From: an uncultured Coprococcus sp. | GTDB taxonomy: Bacteria > Bacillota > Clostridia > Lachnospirales > Lachnospiraceae | Reading direction: 5' to 3' | Assembly (NCBI GenBank): GCA_964488185.1 | Contig: CAZATW010000001.1 | Span: 19,582 to 83,581 of the forward strand | Length of the DNA stretch: 64,000 nucleotides | Shown here: one piece after another, positions 9,834-20,085 of the stretch | Numbering within the stretch: position 1 is the stretch's first letter | Layout of the letters: each line of letters begins with the position of its first letter | Program-made: the position numbers and the translations under genes | Notes under the pieces: model-generated | What the model was told of the DNA's origin: nothing | Databases searched by the model: none | Seen by the model: the letters and a program-made list of their open reading frames with translations, nothing else

Positions 9834-10628
9834 TTATGCACTCTTCATCTTGTTATCCAATCTTATTTTGTCTGCAATCAGAGCAATAAACTCAGAATTT
9901 GTTGGTTTTCCCTTTCCGGCATTTACCGTATACCCAAACAACTCATTTATTGTATCCATTCTGCCTCTGCCCCACGCTACCTCTATAGCATGTCTGATTG
10001 CCCTCTCTACTCTTGAGGAGGTTGTATTATATGTCTCTGCTATGGTTGGATATAATTGTTTTGTAATGGAGTTAAGTATGTCCATATCATTGACTGCTAT
10101 AACAATAGCACTTCTTAAGTATTGATAGCCTTTTATATGTGCAGGCACACCTATCTCGTGAATAATACTTGTTACCGTTCCCTCAAGCTCTGTATTGTCT
10201 CCGTCATTTTCTGCTAATTCAAGATAATTATCATTTTTCCTGCCTCTACAGGTTTCATCAATAATATCCTTAAACTTTTTCTCTTCATATGGCGTGTCCA
10301 TTATTCGGAATATAACCCTGTTATCAATACAGTCATACAGAAACTTTAAATATTCCACATGATTTTTGGATGCGCACATAATAAATCTTACATTCTTAAG
10401 ATTTTTGTACTTTACAACCTCATCTACTATTTCCAGTACGTCTTTTTCCGGCAGAACCTCGTCCATAATCACGATATCAGGTGATTTTTTTATGATTGAT
10501 TCCATTCCAGCCTGTCCTCCTGCACAAACGCCAAGTAATTCATAAGCGGGAGTATTCTCAATGATATTTTCTAACTGCTCTATTTCTCTTTTGTCACGCT
10601 TCACTATCAATATCTTTACATGATTCAT
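9834..10628 (-). CDS. spo0A: Spo0A paralog 1 (syntenic copy after spoIVB; atypical receiver, intact DNA-binding domain)
   Basis: C-domain '[17 protein letters not shown]...[31 protein letters not shown]...[16 protein letters not shown]'. Receiver reads 'ILIVKR', 'DIVIMD', 'MCASK', 'IMDTPY'. Start moved to MNHVK (10628), which has an AAGGAG RBS. Confidence 0.9.
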   Translation of the reverse strand: MNHVKILIVKRDKREIEQLENIIENTPAYELLGVCAGGQAGMESIIKKSPDIVIMDEVLPEKDVLEIVDEVVKYKNLKNVRFIMCASKNHVEYLKFLYDCIDNRVIFRIMDTPYEEKKFKDIIDETCRGRKNDNYLELAENDGDNTELEGTVTSIIHEIGVPAHIKGYQYLRSAIVIAVNDMDILNSITKQLYPTIAETYNTTSSRVERAIRHAIEVAWGRGRMDTINELFGYTVNAGKGKPTNSEFIALIADKIRLDNKMKSA

Positions 10629-10700
10629 GTCATATCTCCTTCCCCTTTTACTGCCATAATTATTATATAATTCCACAACTTTAATGGGAATACCCTTCAC

Positions 10701-10757
10701 TTCGCAAGTTGCGACAATAACAACCTCTCATATACTTTACAAATATTAATTTCGACT
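10701..10757 (-). promoter_or_regulatory. Cluster of three 6/7 0A-box matches upstream of spo0A-1
   Basis: Minus strand TTGCGAA (10707-10701), TGTCGCA (10716-10710), AGTCGAA (10757-10751). Confidence 0.4.
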
Positions 10758-10808
10758 TTAATAATAATTCATCGTCCCTTCTCGTCTCATAATGACAGCA
10801 AAATACAA

Positions 10809-10835
10809 AAGCTGTCACTTAAAATCTGACAGCTT
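10809..10835 (-). terminator. Terminator after spoIVB
   Basis: AAGCTGTCA-9 nt-TGACAGCTT inverted repeat, with TTTT following on the minus strand. Confidence 0.75.
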
Positions 10836-10850
10836 ATATGTTTTATATCT

Positions 10851-11918
10851 TTAATTTTTCAACATCTCCTCTATAAACACGCCATATCCTTTTGTCGGAT
10901 CATCGACAAATACATGTGTCACAGCGCCTATTATTTTGTCATTTTGTATAATCGGAGAGCCGCTCATTCCCTGTACCACTCCGCCAGTCATATCAATAAG
11001 TCTCTGGTCGGTTACGGTAAATTCTATGTTCTTATTATATGTCTCATAATTCACTTCATCTATGTGAATCTCATATTTCACAGGCTCACCTGTCAGTCTG
11101 GAATATATATATGCTTTCCCCGTAGAAACCTCTTCTCCCTTTGCAATAAACAGGGCATCCTTTTCATCATAATTTTCCTTTACATACTCCTCGTCAAGAT
11201 AACCCATAATCCCATTTTCGGTATTCTGGTTTATAATGCCGATTAAATCTCTGGTATATACGATACTGCCCTGTAATTGTCCCGGCATTGCCGTATAAGA
11301 CTTATTGATATTCGTAATATCAGTTGTATACATTCCACCTGTAGCGCACCTTATCATAAGACCTGTATCGTTGTCCGAAACACTATGTCCAAGAGCCATA
11401 AAGCTGTTCCCATATACAAAGGTTACCGTTCCTATCCCAGCTATATCATCCTTTACCCATAACCCCAGCTTATACTCCCCTTCCTCAGAGCATTCCGGTG
11501 TTATGTTAACTTCATTTTCTTTTTCATCTCTTATATAAGTAATTTTCAACGTCTCTCCATTTGATTCCTGTATACATTCCAGAAGCTCACTTTTATTTTC
11601 CACCACTTTGTCATCTACCTTTGTAATATAATCTCCTGCCCTTAATGTATTCTGAGAGGGACAAACCACATGTCCCTCATCATTTATAATATCTCCTGTA
11701 TCAACTACCATAACGCCATCGGTTTTCATATAAATTCCCATCGGCTCTCCGGAAGGAATAACTTTTTTATCCGATAAATCTTCAAATACAAACTTTGCAT
11801 TTTCATATTGAAGCCTGCTGTTTCCCTCCTTAAAAGAAAAATAGAAAGCAAACAGAAATATAATAAATGCTATATCTACCAACAGCAGAATAACAAGAGA
11901 TTTCCTATACCGCTCCAT
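10851..11918 (-). CDS. spoIVB: SpoIVB serine peptidase (S55) with PDZ domain
   Basis: N-terminal TM, 'LRAGDYITKVD' PDZ, 'GLWVKD..AGIGTVTF', 'ALGH', catalytic 'GGVVQGMSGSPIIQ', 'GAVTHVFVDDPT.GYG'. Lies upstream of spo0A. Confidence 0.95.
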   Translation of the reverse strand: MERYRKSLVILLLVDIAFIIFLFAFYFSFKEGNSRLQYENAKFVFEDLSDKKVIPSGEPMGIYMKTDGVMVVDTGDIINDEGHVVCPSQNTLRAGDYITKVDDKVVENKSELLECIQESNGETLKITYIRDEKENEVNITPECSEEGEYKLGLWVKDDIAGIGTVTFVYGNSFMALGHSVSDNDTGLMIRCATGGMYTTDITNINKSYTAMPGQLQGSIVYTRDLIGIINQNTENGIMGYLDEEYVKENYDEKDALFIAKGEEVSTGKAYIYSRLTGEPVKYEIHIDEVNYETYNKNIEFTVTDQRLIDMTGGVVQGMSGSPIIQNDKIIGAVTHVFVDDPTKGYGVFIEEMLKN

Positions 11919-11979
11919 TTTCCCATACCTCCTTGCTAAAATTATTTTCTATCAAAACATAGTTCCTTATAAAGAAAAA

Positions 11980-12007
11980 AAGAGTAACGGTTTTTACCGT
12001 CACTCTT
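11980..12007 (-). terminator. Terminator after recN
   Basis: Minus strand AAGAGTGACGGT-AAAA-ACCGTTACTCTT followed by a T-run. Confidence 0.8.
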
Positions 12008-12019
12008 AGTATGGTTTTA

Positions 12020-13720
12020 TTAAAATATTTCATTATGGTTGATTTTTGTTTGCTCTGCCATATCTTTCATTTCTCTGGCATTATTAATGGTATTTTCTGT
12101 AATCTCCGCACCTCCAAGAAGTCTTGCAATCTCCATAATCGATGCCTTTTCATCAAGCTTTGTTATGCTGGTTACTGTTTTATTATTTATGGCATTTTTT
12201 TCAATCAGATAATGATTATCCGCCATAGCCGCTATCTGCGGCAAATGTGTGATACTGATTACTTGATGCACTTTGGCAATCAGTGCAAGCTTTTCTGCCA
12301 CCTTCTGTGCAGCTCTTCCACTTATTCCAACATCAATTTCATCAAAGATCAGCGTATCAATATTGTCTTCACTTGCCATACAGGATTTTACTGCCAGCAT
12401 GATTCTTGACAATTCACCGCCTGATGCCACCTCATATAAAGGTCTTACCTTCTCGCCTACATTTGTAGAAATAACAAAATAACAGTCATCGATTCCGTCT
12501 GAGGTACATCTGTCCAATTTGTCAAAAGCCATATCAAATTTGACTTCCATGAAACTCAATTCTCTTAAAGCCTCACGTATCTGACCGCATAAGCCTGATG
12601 CCTGTTTTTTTCTAACGGATGTAAGCTCTGCGGCATAACCAAGCATTTTTTCTTCAGCCGCTCTCAATTTTATAGTAAGCTTTGCGACATATTCATCATA
12701 TTCTGCCAGCTTTTCAAACTCCATTTTACTTTTTTCCAGATATGAAAATACATCCTCTATCGTTTTTCCATATTTGCCCTTAAGGTTATTGATGATATCC
12801 AGCCTGCTCTCAATCTCTTGAAACTGCGTCTCATCAAATTTCATCCCCTGCATGTAATCCTTTAAGCCCACATTAAAGTCATTGAGCAATGCATCTATAT
12901 TTTCTAGCTGTGCATAAATATCCAAAAGCTCATCATCCAGCTCTTTCACACCCTTTAGACTAAGCAGGGCACGTCCAATCTCATTTCCGGAAGAATTACT
13001 GTTACTATACCCCGTAATACTGTATACCTCAGAAGCCGCTTTCACAATATCCCGTGCATGATTCATCCTGCGATACTGCTTCTCCAGTTCATCATCCTCG
13101 CCTAATTTTAATTTTGCTGCTTCAATCTCATTGATCTCATATTTAATAAACTCAGCACGTCTTACTCTTTCGCTGTCATCCATAGAAAGCGCATTTATTT
13201 CAAAAAGAATTTTATTATAGTCATTATAAGCTTCTCTCACTTTAGCTTTAATTGGCTCAATCACTCTTCTGCCATATTGGTCCAATATTTTCAAATGCTC
13301 TGCTTTTTTCAATAATGTCTGCTGTTCATGCTGGGCATGCATATCAACAAGTAACGCAGCTACATCTTTCAACTTTGACGCAGTTACAATCTCATCATTT
13401 ATAGTATTGATCGTCCTGCCATTTAATATTCTTCTTGTAATGATAAGCTCGCTATCTTCCGGCTTTTCTATACCCATTTTGACAAATGTATTCCATAGCT
13501 GTTCATCCTCTACGGAAAACACAAGCTGACACAGCGCTTCTTTGTCAGGGTCTCTTGGAAGGTCTTTCGACAGCTTGGCACCCATACCAATCTTAAGTGC
13601 CCCAATAATAATCGATTTACCTGCACCTGTTTCACCTGTAAGTATATTCAGATTATCACTGAAACTCACACTGACATCATCTATCAACGCCAGATTTTTT
13701 ATATGTACATTTAAAAGCAT
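12020..13720 (-). CDS. recN: DNA repair protein RecN
   Basis: Walker A 'GETGAGKS', signature 'ASGGELSRI', Walker B 'IFDEID', 'THLPQIAA'. Start moved to MLLNV (13720), which has an AGGAGG RBS. Confidence 0.96.
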   Translation of the reverse strand: MLLNVHIKNLALIDDVSVSFSDNLNILTGETGAGKSIIIGALKIGMGAKLSKDLPRDPDKEALCQLVFSVEDEQLWNTFVKMGIEKPEDSELIITRRILNGRTINTINDEIVTASKLKDVAALLVDMHAQHEQQTLLKKAEHLKILDQYGRRVIEPIKAKVREAYNDYNKILFEINALSMDDSERVRRAEFIKYEINEIEAAKLKLGEDDELEKQYRRMNHARDIVKAASEVYSITGYSNSNSSGNEIGRALLSLKGVKELDDELLDIYAQLENIDALLNDFNVGLKDYMQGMKFDETQFQEIESRLDIINNLKGKYGKTIEDVFSYLEKSKMEFEKLAEYDEYVAKLTIKLRAAEEKMLGYAAELTSVRKKQASGLCGQIREALRELSFMEVKFDMAFDKLDRCTSDGIDDCYFVISTNVGEKVRPLYEVASGGELSRIMLAVKSCMASEDNIDTLIFDEIDVGISGRAAQKVAEKLALIAKVHQVISITHLPQIAAMADNHYLIEKNAINNKTVTSITKLDEKASIMEIARLLGGAEITENTINNAREMKDMAEQTKINHNEIF

Positions 13721-13728
13721 TATTCCTC

Positions 13729-14187
13729 CTATCGTTTCGCAGTGCATCTGTTATCGATTGCATCCATAACAGATTTTGTAAGTTCCTTTGAACGTACAGC
13801 AAGAAAAATTGTATCATCTCCTGCTATACTTCCAACAAGTCCGTCTAATTCCATATTGTCAAGAGCTGCTGCCACTGCCATTGCAACTCCCGATACCGTT
13901 TTTACGACAATTATATTTTCTGCTGCTTCCATGGATATGATACCTGCACTCAGCACCTGTCTGTATGACTCCATGGATTCGTGATTCGTCACTTTTCCAA
14001 GAACATATTTCTGTTTTCCTGAAGGAGCCGCAATTTTTGTAAGATTAATTTCTCTGATATCTCTCGATATCGTTGCCTGTGTAGTCTGAAAACCCTCTTT
14101 AAGCAGCATCAAAAGCAGTTCATCCTGAGTCTCTATATCATTTTTTTCAATTATCTCAATGATTTTTGCCTGTCTCTTTTGCTTCAT
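13729..14187 (-). CDS. argR: Arginine repressor
   Basis: 'TQDELL...TQATISRDIRE', 'GSIAGDDTIF'. Lies upstream of recN. Confidence 0.96.
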   Translation of the reverse strand: MKQKRQAKIIEIIEKNDIETQDELLLMLLKEGFQTTQATISRDIREINLTKIAAPSGKQKYVLGKVTNHESMESYRQVLSAGIISMEAAENIIVVKTVSGVAMAVAAALDNMELDGLVGSIAGDDTIFLAVRSKELTKSVMDAIDNRCTAKR

Positions 14188-15041
14188 TTCTGACTACCTC
14201 CCAGCTTATTTCTAAGAATTTTATAAAAGTTGATATCATTTGCCTTAATCAGCTTTGTAATCCTGTTTGAACGGTATATATTGACAACATCACCCGCAGA
14301 AAGCTCCACATCATTTCCTCCATCAAAGGAAACGATTGCCTCTGTTTCCTGTGTTTTTCGCTTCTTTGCGATTTCTATTGAAATTTTTTCGTCAGCTGAA
14401 AGCACTATACTTTTGGATGTAAGGGAATGCGGCGATACAGGGGTAATAACCATAAGACTTGCCGTCGGACTTACGATAGGTCCTCCTGCCGAAAGATTAT
14501 ATCCCGTAGAGCCTGTAGGCGTAGCTACTACAACACCATCTGCCTCATAGGCATCCAGCAGACTTCCTCCCACATATACATTAAGACCAATTAAACGTGA
14601 AAAACCGGCACGGCTGATTACAATATCATTTAAAGACCTTTTTCTATATTCACTACCGTCCGTTTTCTTCACCACACCCTTAATCATCATTCTTTCTTCT
14701 ATCGAAAAATCATCTGACAGTAATCTGTCAAGTATGGTGCTTAAACCGGACACCTCACCTTCCGTAAGAAAGCCTACGGTTCCAAGATTGATTCCATAAA
14801 GCGGAATATCGATATCCTCAATCTCACCGGCAACCTTAAGAAGCGTGCCGTCACCTCCCAATACAAGTATACATTCAGCATCTCCGGTCTGTTCTCTTGT
14901 TATACAGGTTTCACTGCAAAAATCAAAGCCATCTACGATATGGCATTCTCCACCTTTGCCGATTATGTAATCTCTCGCTCTATTTGTAATATTTAAATCG
15001 ATGTCCTTTTCCGGATTTACAACAATGAGATATTTTTTCAT
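14184..15041 (-). CDS. nadK: NAD(+) kinase
   Basis: 'LGGDGT', 'GINLGTVGFL', 'DGVVVATPTGSTGYNLSAGGP'. Confidence 0.95.
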   Translation of the reverse strand: MKKYLIVVNPEKDIDLNITNRARDYIIGKGGECHIVDGFDFCSETCITREQTGDAECILVLGGDGTLLKVAGEIEDIDIPLYGINLGTVGFLTEGEVSGLSTILDRLLSDDFSIEERMMIKGVVKKTDGSEYRKRSLNDIVISRAGFSRLIGLNVYVGGSLLDAYEADGVVVATPTGSTGYNLSAGGPIVSPTASLMVITPVSPHSLTSKSIVLSADEKISIEIAKKRKTQETEAIVSFDGGNDVELSAGDVVNIYRSNRITKLIKANDINFYKILRNKLGGSQK

Positions 15042-15044
15042 GTG

Positions 15045-15851
15045 TTATTGCTCCCTGTCTAAGCTTATATGTGATTGCTCAACCAAAGACTTTATATCAA
15101 ATTCAACATTTTCTTTATTGCTGTCCTTTGTTATATAAAGCAGATATTCAATATTTCCCTCAGGTCCCTTAATCGGTGAAAATGACAGAGCAAGCGTCTT
15201 AAAGCCTATAGACCTTGCATAGCTTACAATCCTGTCTATCACCTCTTCATGTACCTTTTTATCACGAACGACACCCTTCTTGCCTACCTTTTCTCTTCCT
15301 GCCTCAAACTGCGGCTTAATCAGACAAACAAGCTCTCCGTCCTCTGTAAGCAGCTCTTTCACAGGCGGAAGCACCTTTGTCAGGGATATAAAGGATACAT
15401 CTATCGATGCAAATTCAATTTTATCAGCTATATCATCAGGTGTCACATATCTGATATTTGTCTTCTCCATACAGATAACACGCACATCGTTTCTCAGCTT
15501 CCACGCAAGCTGTCCATGACCTACATCAACTGCATATACACGAACTGCACCGTTTTGCAGCATACAATCCGTAAAGCCGCCTGTGGAAGCGCCTACATCC
15601 ATGGCAATCTTATCCGTAAGCGTTACACCAAACTGATTCATTGCCTTTTCAAGCTTCAGTCCACCACGACTGACGTATTTTAGTGTATTACCTCTTACCT
15701 CTATATTTGCATTTACATCAAATGTAGAACCTGCCTTATCCTCTTTATTGTTATCCACATAAACGATTCCTGACATAATAATGGCTTTCGCTTTCTCACG
15801 AGATGCAGCCAATCCTTTATTTACCAGGAGTACATCTAATCTTTCCTTCAT
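15045..15851 (-). CDS. tlyA: TlyA-family rRNA 2'-O-methyltransferase
   Basis: S4 domain 'RLDVLLV', 'YVSRGGLKL', 'DVGASTGGFTD', 'LIKPQFEAG'. Confidence 0.95.
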   Translation of the reverse strand: MKERLDVLLVNKGLAASREKAKAIIMSGIVYVDNNKEDKAGSTFDVNANIEVRGNTLKYVSRGGLKLEKAMNQFGVTLTDKIAMDVGASTGGFTDCMLQNGAVRVYAVDVGHGQLAWKLRNDVRVICMEKTNIRYVTPDDIADKIEFASIDVSFISLTKVLPPVKELLTEDGELVCLIKPQFEAGREKVGKKGVVRDKKVHEEVIDRIVSYARSIGFKTLALSFSPIKGPEGNIEYLLYITKDSNKENVEFDIKSLVEQSHISLDREQ

Positions 15852-15860
15852 TTCTCTTCC

Positions 15861-17735
15861 CTACTTATCTGTCTGTTTCAGCATATCACAAAGCTTCTCA
15901 TAAACCGAATCGGAATCCAGCTTAAGAAGCTTCATAAGCTCATTTACTTTACCATGCTGAACAAAGGTATCATGAATGGCTGCTGTATATACGTTGATAT
16001 CATACCTCTTTTCAGCTATATATGCCTCCACCATTGCACCATATCCACCATGCTTAATTCCATCTTCCATGATAATCAAAATTTTGTGGGTATGCGCCAA
16101 TTCATCTATCAAATCTGTATCAATCGGCTTAACAAATCTGGCATTTACAAATGTAATCTCTCTATGGTCATCAATACATCTGTTATACAGCTTCTCTGCC
16201 TCAGCAACCATATCACCTACAGCAATTACAGCTACCTCACTGCCCTTACATATGATCTCACTCTTTCCGACTTCAAAAGAGGTCTGAATCCCCCTTAATC
16301 CATAATAGGCTTCCCCTCTTGAATATTTTATGGCTACCGGTCCATCATAATGTACTGCCCATTCCATAGCTTTCGTCAGTTCATATCTGTTCTTCGGTGC
16401 TATAACCACCAAATTCGGTATATGAGACAAATATGCCGTATCAAATATTCCCTGATGGGTATCTCCGTCTGCTCCAACCAACCCCGACCTGTCTATGGCA
16501 AATATAACATGCAGCTTCTGAAGACATACATCATGCAAAATCTGGTCATAGGCTCTCTGAAGAAATGAGGAATATATCGCAACAACCGGTGTAAGACCTA
16601 CTGACGCAAGTCCCGCTGCAAATGTAACAGCATGCTCTTCGGCAATGCCCACATCATATGCCCTGTCCGGAAACTCCTTTGCAAAGGCGGATACACCTGT
16701 TCCCTTGCCCATTGCTGCCGTTATTGCAACAATATTCGGATTTTCCCTTCCCAGCTCTACCAGCTTTCTTGCAAAAACGCCTGTATATGACAATCCTTTC
16801 TTTTTTGTAAGTACCTTTCCTGACGATACATCAAATGCATCAATTCCATGGAAATAGCTTGGATATTTTTCCGAATAACGATATCCTTTTCCCTTTATTG
16901 TTTTTACATGAACAAGGATTGGTCTGTCTAATTGCAGCGCTTTTCTAAAAGTAGCTTCCATTAAATCAATATCATGTCCATCCACAGGACCTATATATGT
17001 CACTCCCAATTCTTCAAAAAACATACCGGGTACAAGCATCTGCTTAATAGAATCCTTTGAACGCTTAATTCCCTTTGCAAGCTTTTCACCCACAACCGGA
17101 ATATGCAGAAGAGTCTTCTCCACATGTCCTTTAAAATCATTATATTGCTGCCCCACTCTGAGATTATTCAGATATTTGGACATTCCGCCTACATTCTGGT
17201 CGATGGACATCTCATTATCATTTAATATAACAAGGCAGCCCGTTTTTATGACAGCCATATTATTGATGGCCTCATACACCATTCCTCCCGTAAATGCTCC
17301 ATCTCCAATAACAGCCGCTATTTTCTCATCTGTTCCCCTCACACTTCTGGCACATGCCATACCAAGCGCTGCCGATATAGATGTAGAGCTGTGACCTGTA
17401 TTGAATACATCGCATGGACTTTCAGAGGTTTTTGGAAATCCACTCATACCGCCAAGCTGTCTAAGATTTTTCATCTCTTCCTTTCGGCCTGTAAGTATCT
17501 TATGAACATAGGACTGGTGCCCTACATCCCATACAATTTTGTCCTTGGGCAAATCCATGACTCTGTGAAGTGCCATTGTAAGCTCCACACAACCCAGATT
17601 GGATGCAAGATGCCCTCCTGTTTTACTTACGCTTTCAATAAGAAATTCCCGTATCTCTTCCGCAAGAACAGGCAGCTCATTTTTTCCGATATTCTTTATA
17701 TCATTCGGTTTATTGATCCTATCAAGTATACTCAT
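15861..17735 (-). CDS. dxs: 1-deoxy-D-xylulose-5-phosphate synthase
   Basis: 'GGHLASNLG', 'WDVGHQ', ThDP motif 'GDGA...NDN', 'DVGIAEEHAV', 'DRSGLVGADGDTHQG'. Confidence 0.97.
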   Translation of the reverse strand: MSILDRINKPNDIKNIGKNELPVLAEEIREFLIESVSKTGGHLASNLGCVELTMALHRVMDLPKDKIVWDVGHQSYVHKILTGRKEEMKNLRQLGGMSGFPKTSESPCDVFNTGHSSTSISAALGMACARSVRGTDEKIAAVIGDGAFTGGMVYEAINNMAVIKTGCLVILNDNEMSIDQNVGGMSKYLNNLRVGQQYNDFKGHVEKTLLHIPVVGEKLAKGIKRSKDSIKQMLVPGMFFEELGVTYIGPVDGHDIDLMEATFRKALQLDRPILVHVKTIKGKGYRYSEKYPSYFHGIDAFDVSSGKVLTKKKGLSYTGVFARKLVELGRENPNIVAITAAMGKGTGVSAFAKEFPDRAYDVGIAEEHAVTFAAGLASVGLTPVVAIYSSFLQRAYDQILHDVCLQKLHVIFAIDRSGLVGADGDTHQGIFDTAYLSHIPNLVVIAPKNRYELTKAMEWAVHYDGPVAIKYSRGEAYYGLRGIQTSFEVGKSEIICKGSEVAVIAVGDMVAEAEKLYNRCIDDHREITFVNARFVKPIDTDLIDELAHTHKILIIMEDGIKHGGYGAMVEAYIAEKRYDINVYTAAIHDTFVQHGKVNELMKLLKLDSDSVYEKLCDMLKQTDK

Positions 17736-17744
17736 AAGTCTCTC

Positions 17745-18629
17745 CTAGTTTTTGCGGGTTACAAGAGAAATAATCAGCTCTTTTAAAAACTCATTTTCAT
17801 AATTGAATGACATAAGCCTGCTTACGGCACGTTCAGACAGAATTCGCACATCCTCCTGCGCCTTATCAATGCCATGAACCGTTACATATGTAACCTTCCC
17901 ATTATTCTCATCACTTAATGTAGGCTTTCCAATTACATGACTGTCACCCAGTATATCCAGCAAATCATCCTGTATCTGAAATGCATGTCCCACATCCGAA
18001 GCAATACTGCAAATGACATCGATATCCTCATCCGATGCGCCTGCCAGAATTGCGCCTATCATCATAGCCGCCTCTATTAATGCACCGGTTTTATTCTCAT
18101 AAACAAAATAAAGCTGGTCTTTATCCATCGCCTGTCCTGTCATTAAAACATCCAGCACCTGACCACCTATCATGCCGTATATTCCCGGCTTTGCCGCCAG
18201 AACCTTAAGTGCCTTGGCAACCTTCATCGTATCATCACACATATCAAACGCCTTACATGCGGTTTCATATGCATAATTTAGAAGGCCGTCGCCTGCCAAT
18301 ATAGCCATAGCCTCACCATATACCACATGAGATGTCTTTCTGCCTCTTCTATAATCATCATTATCAAGGGCAGGCAAATCATCATGTATCAAAGAATACG
18401 TGTGAATCATCTCTATGGCTGCCATAAAAGGCTCAATGACCTCATCTTTCCCACCGAACAATCTATATGTTTCCAGCATTAATACGGGCCGAAGTCTCTT
18501 TCCGCCCGCAGTCATGGAATAATTCATCGCTTCAAATACCTTCTTCTGAAATCCCTCTTGGGCCGGAAGATATTTATATACTATCTCTTCAGCTTCCTTA
18601 GCATGAAGCTTTATTCTATCCTCAATCAC
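17745..18629 (-). CDS. ispA: Farnesyl/geranyl diphosphate synthase
   Basis: 'GGKRLRP', first and second DDxxD motifs ('HDDLPALD', 'QDDLLD'). Confidence 0.93.
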   Translation of the reverse strand: MIEDRIKLHAKEAEEIVYKYLPAQEGFQKKVFEAMNYSMTAGGKRLRPVLMLETYRLFGGKDEVIEPFMAAIEMIHTYSLIHDDLPALDNDDYRRGRKTSHVVYGEAMAILAGDGLLNYAYETACKAFDMCDDTMKVAKALKVLAAKPGIYGMIGGQVLDVLMTGQAMDKDQLYFVYENKTGALIEAAMMIGAILAGASDEDIDVICSIASDVGHAFQIQDDLLDILGDSHVIGKPTLSDENNGKVTYVTVHGIDKAQEDVRILSERAVSRLMSFNYENEFLKELIISLVTRKN

Positions 18630-18837
18630 CGTTTTCTCCTTTTTCAGTGAGAATAATCATCTCTTTTTCAACATCACACAGATTTTTCTTACAGGCATCA
18701 ATCAGCTTTACACCTTCTGAATATACTTCAAGAGAAGCTTTCAATGTTGTATCAGGATTTTCAAGTATCTGTGCTATTTCTTCAAGTCGCTCCATAGACT
18801 TCTCTATAGAAAACTCCTTGTCCTTATTTTCTGACAT
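18622..18837 (-). CDS. xseB: Exodeoxyribonuclease VII small subunit
   Basis: 71 aa, 'IEKSMERLEEI..LE...L..SLEVYSEG'. Lies between xseA and ispA. Confidence 0.93.
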   Translation of the reverse strand: MSENKDKEFSIEKSMERLEEIAQILENPDTTLKASLEVYSEGVKLIDACKKNLCDVEKEMIILTEKGENGD

Positions 18838-18874
18838 CTATACCTCCAGTCTGCAAACCGTTATCATCTGCCTG

Positions 18875-20083
18875 TTATTTTTTTTCTGTATCAAAGCCTG
18901 TTACTTTGGCATTGATAACACCATCATGCATTGTTATATTGATATCATCCCCTGCCTGAAGCTGATTTACCGAATGTACGGCTTCACCATCCTTTTCCGT
19001 ATAACCGAAACCATTCACCAGCTTTGCGGTAGGTGACATACCATTAATACGCGATGAAAGAAGCTGAAATCTATGAAGTTTACTGTCATACTGCTGCCTC
19101 ATCAGCCTTTTTAATCTGTCATACTGTTCATCAATATACTGCTGCTGTCCCAGCAGTTTCTGTTTCGGATTGAGCAGCCGCATCTGCCTCTCATAGGTCT
19201 GAATTCTACTCCGTATACTGTCTATACGATTTCCAAGAAGTCTTCCCATATGCGCCTCAATACTATCAATTTGGCATATAGCAGTCATAATATCAGGTAT
19301 GGCAAGCTCACATGCAGCGGATGGGGTCGGTGCACGCAAATCAGCCGCATAATCAGCTATGGTATTATCAATCTCATGCCCCGTTCCGGATATAATAGGC
19401 GTTTTCGCATTGTATATAGCCCATGCAACAACCTCTTCATTAAATGCCCATAAATCCTCAATGGAGCCACCGCCACGTCCTATGATAATCGTATCAAGAT
19501 TCATTTTATCAAGCGTCTTTATCCCCTGCGCAATATCGCCTGCAGCTCCCTCACCCTGTACTCTGGCAGGGTACAATATGAGCTGGACAAATGGATTCCG
19601 CCTTTTCGCAATATTCATGATATCCTGTATGGCAGCTCCCGTTTTTGCCGTTACAATACCTACTCGTTTAGGGTACTCCGGAATCTTCTTTTTAATATCA
19701 AATTCAAACAATCCCTGCTCATACAGCTTTTGCTTTAAACGCTCATACTCCTCGTACAAATTTCCGGTACCATCCAGCTTGATACTATTTACATATAACT
19801 GATACCTTCCGTCTCTTTCATATACATTTACATTTCCACGGGCAACCACAAGCTGTCCGTTTGTAAGCTTAAAATGCAAACCGCTATTTGCACTGCTCCT
19901 GAACATAACGGCAGCTATGGAGCCTGTTTCATCCTTTAATGTAAAATAGATATGTCCGGAGCTGTGGTATTTGCAATTCGATACCTCACCCTTGATATAG
20001 ATATCCCCAAGAAGATAATCACTGGCTATTAAATTTTTTATATATCCGTTTATTTGAGAAACAGTATAGCTTTTCACAGCCAT
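18875..20083 (-). CDS. xseA: Exodeoxyribonuclease VII large subunit
   Basis: 'GEVSN', 'SGHIYFTLKD', 'IIGRGGGSIEDLWAFN', 'GHEID', 'APTPSAA'. Confidence 0.96.
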   Translation of the reverse strand: MAVKSYTVSQINGYIKNLIASDYLLGDIYIKGEVSNCKYHSSGHIYFTLKDETGSIAAVMFRSSANSGLHFKLTNGQLVVARGNVNVYERDGRYQLYVNSIKLDGTGNLYEEYERLKQKLYEQGLFEFDIKKKIPEYPKRVGIVTAKTGAAIQDIMNIAKRRNPFVQLILYPARVQGEGAAGDIAQGIKTLDKMNLDTIIIGRGGGSIEDLWAFNEEVVAWAIYNAKTPIISGTGHEIDNTIADYAADLRAPTPSAACELAIPDIMTAICQIDSIEAHMGRLLGNRIDSIRSRIQTYERQMRLLNPKQKLLGQQQYIDEQYDRLKRLMRQQYDSKLHRFQLLSSRINGMSPTAKLVNGFGYTEKDGEAVHSVNQLQAGDDINITMHDGVINAKVTGFDTEKK

Positions 20084-20085
20084 AT

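Noticed and set aside
10660-10700. Sigma-H promoter for spo0A-1 (AGGG...GAAT)
   Set aside because: Spacing is 19 nt, longer than typical, so it is too weak to call.
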